From an uncultured delta proteobacterium (GTDB lineage: Bacteria; Desulfobacterota; Binatia; Binatales; Binataceae): DNA of 64,000 nucleotides. Made by a program: the position numbers and the translations under genes. Under the pieces are notes generated by a model. That model was not told the origin of the DNA and searched no databases. It worked only from the letters and a program-made list of their open reading frames with translations. Below, piece by piece: positions 56,686-64,000 of the stretch (within the stretch, counting starts at the first letter, position 1; each line of letters opens with the position of its first letter). The stretch spans positions 88,901 through 152,900 of the forward strand of contig CAWDFL010000003.1 in assembly GCA_963801665.1 (NCBI GenBank), read 5' to 3'.

Positions 56686-57909
56686 ATGCGCGTCGAGCGT
56701 GATCTGATCGGCGCGCTCGAAATTCCCGCTGCGGCGCTCTACGGAATTCAAACCGCGCGTTCCGCCGCGAATCTCTCGTTTTCCGGCCGCAGGCTCGGCG
56801 ACTATCCGGCGATGGTGCGCGGACTCGCGATGGTCAAGTGCGCCGCCGCGCGGGCTAACCTTGACGCCGGGGTGATCGACGCAAAAATCGCCCGGGCGAT
56901 CGGACGCGCCTGCCGCGCGCTGATGGCGGGTGGCTATAGCGATGATCTGATCGCCGATCCGCTTGGCGGCGGCGGTGGCATCGGAATCAATCAGAACATC
57001 AACGAGGTGATCGCGAACCTCGCAAGCGAGCGGCTTGGCGGCGGGCGGGGTGCGGACGCGATCGTGAATCCGAAGATTCACGTCAACGCGTCGCAATCGA
57101 CTGCCGATGCATGCGCGACCGCCGCGCGAATCGCGATCCTCGAACAGGCGAGCGTGCTCGGACGCGCGCTCGGGGAATGCGTACGCGCCTATCGAGCGAA
57201 AGCGCGCGAATTTCGCCGCGTGATCACGATCGCACGCACCTGCCTGCAGGACGCGCAGCCAACTTCTCTCGGCGAATTTTTTTCCGGCCACGCCGCCGCG
57301 CTCGAGCGCCGCGGCGCCGACCTCGCTCGCAGCGTGCGCGAGCTTAGGCGGATAAACCTGGGCGGGACGGTGATCGGTTCTGGCGATGGCGCGCCGGCCG
57401 CGTATCGGCGCGTGATCGTGCGCCGCCTGTGCCAGGTGACCGGGCTCGATCTGGTCGCGCGCAAGAATCTTTACGACGCGGCGCAGAATATCGACGACCT
57501 GGGCGCGGTCGCCGCCGCGCTCGGGATGTTGGCCGAGATGCTGATCAAGCTCGCGCAGGATTTGCGCTTGCTTGCGTCGGGACCCGAGGGCGGGTTCGGC
57601 GAAATCACCTTGCCGCCAGTGCAGGAAGGTTCGTCGTTTTTCCCGGGCAAGATCAATCCGGTGGTTCCGGAGACGATGCTGCAATGCTGTTTCCAGGTGC
57701 TTGGACACGAACGCGCCGCGCGGCTTGCGCTCGAACGCGGCGAGCTGAATCTCAACGTGTTCGACGGCGCCGCGGCGGTTAATCTGCTCGACGCGATCGC
57801 GATTCTTTCTCGCGCGATCGCGCTATTCACTTCTCGATGCGTCGCCGGACTCAGGGCGAATGAAGACCGATGCCGCGGCCTTGCGGCGCGCTCGCGATTC
57901 AATGCCTGA
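56686..57909 (+). CDS. aspartate ammonia-lyase / class II fumarase superfamily lyase
   Basis: Signature GSSFFPGKINP (cf. GSSxMPxKxNP). N-terminus RVERDLIGALEIPAAALYGIQTARS aligns with the AspA/FumC N-termini. Confidence 0.85.
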   Translation: MRVERDLIGALEIPAAALYGIQTARSAANLSFSGRRLGDYPAMVRGLAMVKCAAARANLDAGVIDAKIARAIGRACRALMAGGYSDDLIADPLGGGGGIGINQNINEVIANLASERLGGGRGADAIVNPKIHVNASQSTADACATAARIAILEQASVLGRALGECVRAYRAKAREFRRVITIARTCLQDAQPTSLGEFFSGHAAALERRGADLARSVRELRRINLGGTVIGSGDGAPAAYRRVIVRRLCQVTGLDLVARKNLYDAAQNIDDLGAVAAALGMLAEMLIKLAQDLRLLASGPEGGFGEITLPPVQEGSSFFPGKINPVVPETMLQCCFQVLGHERAARLALERGELNLNVFDGAAAVNLLDAIAILSRAIALFTSRCVAGLRANEDRCRGLAARSRFNA

Positions 57910-57975
57910 CTGCGAGCGGGGCGATAGGTCACAGTCTGATCCACCGAGAGATTCTTTTTTCGCGCATGCACTTTT

Positions 57976-58256
57976 GTCATTCCCGCGCGTGGCTGCCGCG
58001 CGAGGAATCCCGAACGATATGTCGCTGCTTGAGATGTGCGCTCGGAGCATGAACGCCCCGGGATTCCTCGCCTAGGGCTCGGAATGACGAATAAAGGCTC
58101 GGTCGAGGCTACGATACTCATGCAGCAAGCCCACACCCGTCATTTCGACCGAAGGGAGAAATCCCGAGGCGTTCGTGCTCAGAGTCCACATCCCATGCAT
58201 CGGCCTGTCGATCGGGATTCCTCGCGCGCGGCAGCCACGCGCGCGGGAATGACACC
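57976..58256. mobile_element. MITE-like element (family copy 8)
   Basis: Two palindromic units GTCATTCCCGCGCGTGGCTGCCGCGCGAGGAATCCCG...CCGGGATTCCTCGCC and GTCATTTCGACCGAAGGGAGAAATCCCGAGG...GGGATTCCTCGCGCGCGGCAGCCACGCGCGCGGGAATGAC. Confidence 0.7.
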
Positions 58257-58424
58257 TCGACGAGCCCGACACCTCCGCGCATCACGAACGGAAAACTTTA
58301 CGCAATCCAGCGCCCGTGCATCTCCGCTCGATCGGAGAGCTGCGCCAAACAACAAAAAAAGCGTCCGCATCGATGGCATCCGGATTGCTCTCATTGAGGC
58401 AAAAACTCGGCGGAGGAATTCGAA

Positions 58425-58586
58425 ATGCTTTACTGGACGTTGGTCTTTCTGGTCGTGGCGATTTGTGCGGGAGCGCTTGGATTCGGCGGAATCGCGGGCA
58501 CGGCCGCCGGTATCGCCAAGGTTCTGTTCTTCATCTTCCTGGTGATGTTCGTGGTCGCGGTTCTTTTCGGACGGGCGCTTATCTAG
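58425..58586 (+). CDS. DUF1328-family small membrane protein (53 aa)
   Basis: [62 protein letters not shown] matches the UPF0391/DUF1328 consensus. Below the 60-aa cutoff of the ORF track. Confidence 0.6.
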   Translation: MLYWTLVFLVVAICAGALGFGGIAGTAAGIAKVLFFIFLVMFVVAVLFGRALI

Positions 58587-58966
58587 CGGTTGTAAATCCC
58601 GAGCCAGCGCCGCCGATCTTCCACGATCGCGCGCCGGCTTTTCAGCAGAGCGTAAGCCTGGTCCAGCGTCATCGCGCGGCGGGTCATCAGGAACCACGCG
58701 ACCACCAGAGGCGCGCGCTCGCATCCTTCCTCGCAATGCACCAGCACCCGCTCTCCCATCTGCAGATGGGCGTCGATTAGCGCGGCCGTATCATTCATCG
58801 AGTCGATGCCGCGCGCGAGAATCGGCATATGAATCGCCTGCGCGGGCTCGCCTTCAGGGATATCGGACAGCACATTGATAATCGTGCCATCAAAGCGCTG
58901 CGCGTCCTGCAGATCCCCGACGAAGAGATTTTCAATAATCTCGCTTTCCCGCCAACCCACCGACAC
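58583..58966 (-). CDS. protein-tyrosine/dual-specificity phosphatase-like protein
   Basis: P-loop [11 protein letters not shown] (HCx5R). Confidence 0.7.
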   Translation of the reverse strand: MSVGWRESEIIENLFVGDLQDAQRFDGTIINVLSDIPEGEPAQAIHMPILARGIDSMNDTAALIDAHLQMGERVLVHCEEGCERAPLVVAWFLMTRRAMTLDQAYALLKSRRAIVEDRRRWLGIYNR

Positions 58967-58972
58967 CGCGTA

Positions 58973-59689
58973 TCACCGAACCAGCTTCACGAGCGTTGCG
59001 CCGACGGCGTTTCGGCCGCGCCGGCCGCGCAATCCGGCTTCCTCAAGTTGCCCGCGTTCGACCAGTGTGCGCCAGAGCTGCTTCGGGTCGGCGCTGAAGA
59101 CCGCGGAGGCGTCCGTCGGCTCGACGTACCATGCGCCGTTCTGGATCTCGCCGCGCAACTGTAGCGGCAGCCACTGCGCGCGCCCGTAATAGACCCGCGT
59201 CATGTCAGGGGCGGGATTTTCTTTGACAAACGCCGCGACCGACGCGCGATCGCCGATCCAGTAGAGATCTCCCGCAACCGCGGTCGCGCCCGCCGGCGCA
59301 GTATTCGCCCGCGCCAGCACGACCGGCGCGTTCATCTCGACCGGACCGCCGAAGTACGCAGTCACGTCGCCCAGCCGCTCAGGCGCGTCCGGCAGCAGCG
59401 CACTAATCGGGATGGTGGTCGGTTGATTGATAATCACGCCAGCCATCAGCGGCGGCTCACCGCCCGGCAGCAGCAGGATGACCGATTGTGCGAAAACCGG
59501 GTCGTCGAGTTCGGGAGTCGCGACGAGCAGCGACGGTACGACCAGTGGAGGCTGCGCATGCGCTGGTGCTGCGAAGCCGCAGGCACAGAGCACAATGACG
59601 ACCGCGGCCACCCAAGGCATCGCGCGCGCACGCATTGTCTTGCTATTTCCTGATGGTGATCGCGGGAGCATCCAGTCACCGGCCGACAC
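58973..59689 (-). CDS. YqgE/AlgH family protein (UPF0301), with N-terminal signal peptide
   Basis: YFGGPVE core motif. Signal-like MPWVAAVVIVLCACGFAAPAHA. Confidence 0.7.
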   Translation of the reverse strand: MSAGDWMLPRSPSGNSKTMRARAMPWVAAVVIVLCACGFAAPAHAQPPLVVPSLLVATPELDDPVFAQSVILLLPGGEPPLMAGVIINQPTTIPISALLPDAPERLGDVTAYFGGPVEMNAPVVLARANTAPAGATAVAGDLYWIGDRASVAAFVKENPAPDMTRVYYGRAQWLPLQLRGEIQNGAWYVEPTDASAVFSADPKQLWRTLVERGQLEEAGLRGRRGRNAVGATLVKLVR

Positions 59690-59803
59690 CTTGAGGCTTA
59701 AGAGGAAAGGCGAGGTGGCGTCAAGGCTTTTGATCGCGCATACGCGAAGGCCCGGGATTGCTCCCGGGCCTTTCGCGTCTATCAGCGATTCCTTCTCGGA
59801 CTT

Positions 59804-62800
59804 TTATTTCGGACGTGGCGTGCCGATTCCTGACAGCGTCACCGTCAGTTGCGGATGGAGCGGATCGTTCGACACAATCAGCACATTCGAGGTGAAGTTG
59901 CCCGTCTGTGGCGGTTTGAACAACACCGTCACTTCGCGCGATCGTCCCGGTGCGAGGCTGAAGCTGCCTCCGTTCTTCCTCACGAAGAATGCCGTATCCT
60001 CGAGCGGCATCACGTAGCCGATAAGCTCCGAGGTTCCGATGTTCGTGATCTTGAACTTGCGCGTCGCCTTTCCCCGATTGCCCGCGCGTGGCGGGAAGAC
60101 GAGATCGGCCGGACTCACTTCGATCGATGCGCCCGAAGGCGTCGGCGTCGCAGTGGGCGTCGGCGTGGGACTTGCCGTCGCCGGGGCGACCACATTGAAT
60201 GCGACGGCGGCGTTCGACGCCACGTATTGCGAGGTTCCGGCGAAACTCGCGCTGAGCGTCTTTGTCCCCGCGGAGCCGGCGCTCGTCGTGCAGGTCGCAA
60301 GACCGCTCGCGTTAGTTGTGCCACCGCAGCTCGAGCCGCCGAGCATGAAGCTGATCGACTGGCCCGCCAGTGGAACCGCCGGGCTGACGGAGGTGTCGCT
60401 CAACGATGCGACGAGATTGACCGACTGATTCGACGTTCCACTGGTCGGGCTTGGGTTGAGGCTCAGGAAGGTCACATCTGAACCTGGTCCCCAAGTGATC
60501 ACGGAAGAATTGGACGATACCGGTGACGCCGCGATTGTCGTGGTGGCGGTGATCGTATCGACTCCCTGATAAACTCCAGTGTAGGTGAACGTCGCCTGTC
60601 CGCTCGCGTTGGTGGTCGCACCTCCGATCTGGGGATTTGCGCCGGCGACCGCGAAGTTGATCGGTGTGCCGGTCGGCACGGTCGCATAGTGAATGCTTGC
60701 GGTCACTGTCTGCGTGGTGCCCTTTGCCGGATTGGGCACAACCGCTGACGGGCTCAGAACCAGCGTTGGCGGCGGATTTGCCGCTGCGTAATTGCAACCG
60801 CCGCTCGCGTCGGTGATCCTGAAAACGCCGACGCCTTGGCCCATGTAGAGGCATCCGTCAGGTCCGGGCGCGATTACGTACGCCGTTCCGTTGGAGATCA
60901 GATTCGTACTGACGCTCGGCGGCGTCGTAGTCAAATCCATTTGACTGGTGCCGACCGGAGCGGTCCCGACGGCTGGCGGCGCAAGGGTCAGAAATTGAGC
61001 GTCGCCGTTTGCCTGTGCTCCCTGCGCAAAGAGTCCGAGGTTATTCATCGTTACGCCGGAAAGCAGCGTGACGACCGGAGTGGCGGGACCGTTGGTGCCG
61101 GTAACCTGGGCAACGTCGCCATCCGTCCAGACATATATTGTTCCATTCGGAGTAAAGCTGATGCTGGCGTTCGGAGTATTCGGCAGTTGAGCATAGGCGG
61201 AGACGGTCGGCGACATGCTCGATGGATCCGAGATACGCCATAGAGTGTTGTTATCCGATCCCGCGCCGCTGCAGGATCGTCCACGAACAAATCGCCGCTT
61301 AGCGGATCGATCGAAATGAAAGACGGGCAGGTAAGATTCGAGGCTACATTCTGAATTACCGTCCCGGTCGAAGGATCGATCTGCAGCACTGCTCCGGTAG
61401 TGAAATTCCCCGTGGTGGCCGTTCGTCCGGCATAGAGATTTCCGGCCGAATCGATAACCAGGCCGATCACAGCCGGTCCAATCGGTGTCGGCGTGAGCAG
61501 CGTGCCAGCGCCGGCGGAGCCGCCGCCAGGCGGAATCTTGTAGATATTCCCGGTCGACGCTTCGGATACATAAAGATTCCCCGACGAGTCGAACGCCAAT
61601 CCGCCCACCCCGGGGCATCCGCCAAAGTTGATATCACCGTAGAAGAAATTCTGGGCCAGGACGCCGTTCACATAGGTGTTGGCCAGAAATCCCGGCGCGG
61701 GGACCGGATTGCCGTTGCCGCATCCGTTTTCCGGCCCATTGACGAACTGAACCGTTCCGGTTTCAGGAAACGCCAGGCTGCCGTCGGTTTCGTCGACCGC
61801 CGAATAGGTCACCGTCTCCGGAGACTGATCGGTCGCGGTGAACTGAATCATCCCATTGCTGTCGGTCACACTGGGATTTGGTCCCACGATAGCGGAATTA
61901 CCGGTTTGGTTGAGCTGGATCAGCTTGCCCGGTGTCGGCCGCCCGAGAGCGTCCGTGAGGGTAATCGCAATCGTGGCTGCGGTTACGCCGTCAGCGGTGA
62001 CTGAGCTCGGGAATGCGTCGAGCCCGGCTGAAGCCGCGAGTGGAACAATGAAGCTGAGAGTCGGCTGTTGCGTCAGCACGATGCCGTCCGTGGTATCGGT
62101 CGCAGTCAGGGTCATGCTCTCGACAGTCAAATCGGTCACGGTAAAACTGACCGTGCCATTGTTTCCGGTCGAGGTTCCGTTCGAGGGCTGGATCGTCGCG
62201 CTGCCGGAGTTGGCGGCCAGGATGACGTTCTTGCCGCTGACGCTGTTGTTGTTGGCGTCGCGAAGCTGCACCAGCACCGACGCGGTGGTGGTTCCGTCGG
62301 CAGCTACGCTGCTCGGGTTGATGATGAAGACAGAATTCGCGGCGGTCGGCGTGCCGGGACTCGCGCCGCTCAGGGCCAGATTCAACGCACTGAGATCGGG
62401 CGAACCCAGTCCGACATGCGCGTAGTCGCTGCCCATCGATGCCGCGCTGTGAAACGCGTTCGTGTTAGCGAGCGCATACAAGCTCGGATTTAGCAGACCC
62501 AGGTTTTTCCCCTGCGATTGATTAAGCAGCGCGCTCATCCCGGCCATGATCGGCGCCGCGGCGCTGGTGCCTCCATAGAGCAGGCCGGAAGGGCATCCGC
62601 CGTTGTCCGCCTGGCACAGCGGCAATCCGTTGGTGTCTGGGTCGGCGCTCACCGCAACGTCAGGCACGGAGCGGTTTGAGGATCCGAACAGGACCTGCTG
62701 GTAATTGGCCGCGGAAAAGAATTTGCTGGTGCCGTAACCGCCGGTGCCGGTGGGTGGAACCGCGTTGGCGCCGTTCCACCAGGTTTCACTCTGATACGTG

Positions 62801-64000
62801 CCCGCGCTGCCGGGAATCAGCGAAGTTCCGCCGACCGCAGTGGCGTTCGGTGAATCTGACGGCACCGCGACAGTGTTTGCGCTGCCGTCGAGGCAGGTGC
62901 TGCCGGTATCTCCGGCGCCGTTGAAGACGCTGATTCCGGCCACCGCCGCGTTCTGGAAGATCGTGTCGATACTATCAACGTCCGCAGCGGTGGTCTGGTC
63001 CTCGCAGTAGGCCCAACTGTTCGAGATGATCGTCACATTGTCGTTGATCATCTTGTTGAGCACGGTCTGGAAGCTCGATCCCGCGCCCGAAAACGGCGCA
63101 GAGTAAACCACGACCTGCGCTCCCGGGGCGATCGTCATCACCGTATCGATATCGAGCAGCACCTCGTCCTCGCCGGAGCCGATTGGCGCTCCGCCGTTGA
63201 CCTGGACCTCGCTCAGGTTGCCGATCTGACTGAACGAACCGCTGGTCAGGGCGAAAAAGTTGGCGACATCCGACGTATTGTAAGAATCAAATTCGACCAG
63301 CCCGATCTTTTGCCCAGTCCCGTCCACCGCTGCCGAGCTGTGGGCGACGTTGGTTTTGGTTTTGGGTGCCGGCGTCGGAGGAGAAGGGGTGGATGGAAGA
63401 GTTACGCAAAGTGTGGCGTTGATCGCGTGAAGCAGAGCCCCGAATAGACCCCAGAACTGTCCGCAATAGCCGTTATACGCGCTGACGGCGTTCGTATAAT
63501 CCTGCAGACATTGAGCCTTCGTCGGATACCACAAAGTGCCGGCTGCGGGATTGTTGTAGCAGTTCGCGTAATAGTTCGGCGCGCCCAGAATCAGGGCGGA
63601 CTTCGGTCTTTGGATTTCGGCCAGATCGGACAGGCCAATCACGGTCTGAGTGCTTTTCGCCAACGATGCGGGCAGAGCGGGATCGTTCTGGTTGGCAAAA
63701 AAGTTTCTGTCGCCGACCTTGTATTCCGCGATGCGCACGTCAAACGCGCGCTCGGCCATCGCACGCGTGCCGCTCACTGTAATTGTCAACCGATTTTTTG
63801 ATCCTTCGACGAAGTGGAATCCAGCCGTGCGCAGATATGCGAGCATCGCGCTGTACGACGCGCGCGACGGCCCGAAGCGATCGGCAATCTGCCGCTGCGT
63901 CAGGTAGTGATGGAAATTCTTCGACGAGGGGTTGTAGATCTCGTGCAGGTAGCTCTCGAAGGCCGCTTGATGATCGCGCTTCAACACAATCGTCAGCGTG
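59804..64000 (-). CDS. large secreted S53 (sedolisin/kumamolisin-like) serine peptidase with C-terminal Ig-like, beta-propeller-like and choice-of-anchor-D-like domains. N-terminus lies beyond the window end, with an apparent frameshift near 61262.
   Basis: Pro-kumamolisin-like prodomain (LTQRQIADRFGPSRASY), S53 catalytic Ser motif LLYGGTSAAAPIMAG, PT linker then IEVSPADLVFPP...KFKITNIGTSEL... C-terminal domain. ORFs 61051..63987 and 59804..61618 join as ...DDPAAA|GSDNNTLWRISDP... at a GC-rich gcggcgcggg run. Confidence 0.8.

Noticed and set aside
21555-58256. Possibility that the regularly recurring palindromic repeats form a CRISPR array
   Set aside because: Repeats are 90-490 bp, dispersed over 37 kb in separate intergenic spacers, have no short uniform repeat-spacer periodicity, and no cas genes are present.

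Overview
This is a 64-kb, high-GC (about 65%) bacterial chromosomal window with no rRNA, tRNA or CRISPR array detected. Phylum is uncertain. A sigma-54 activator, LSGC/AAGC lipoboxes, several F420/LLM-class oxidoreductases and DUF1329/DUF1328 proteins suggest an uncultured soil Gram-negative lineage, not an actinomycete. About 60 genes are supportable. From the window start they are: a sigma-54 response regulator with a partial kinase gene; a minus-strand operon of polysaccharide deacetylase, FkbH-like HAD-IIIC, hexapeptide acyltransferase, ACP, a second deacetylase-domain protein and a TylF-like protein; housekeeping genes (GSTs, a NhaP antiporter, a serine hydrolase); a 981-aa regulator with an OmpR-type winged helix, STAND ATPase and TPR repeats; a secreted-protein / amicyanin-like cupredoxin / atypical di-heme peroxidase cluster; fatty-acid beta-oxidation genes (three ACADs, a crotonase); an organosulfur locus (split YeeE/YedE halves, a truncated sulfotransferase, ssuABC-like transporter, DszA/NtaA-type and F420-type LLM oxidoreductases); a lower-GC Type II restriction-modification pair; an FAD monooxygenase fused to an SMP-30/gluconolactonase module; a two-gene small-protein + wHTH cassette; and a >1390-aa secreted S53 (sedolisin-like) peptidase that runs off the window end. 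The most striking non-genic signal is a modular family of palindromic MITE-like elements in at least nine intergenic spacers, one apparently truncating a sulfotransferase gene. Other unexplained structure includes a phased GTTCAGCC triple direct repeat beside the STAND regulator, with a perfect palindrome of the same half-site about 6.6 kb away, REP-like inverted-repeat elements, a nested 180-bp inverted repeat, and several apparent frameshifted genes. Base-level coordinates of short motifs were read by eye and may be off by 1-2 nt. CDS boundaries follow the ORF track, with N-termini trimmed where a signal peptide or RBS supports an internal start.
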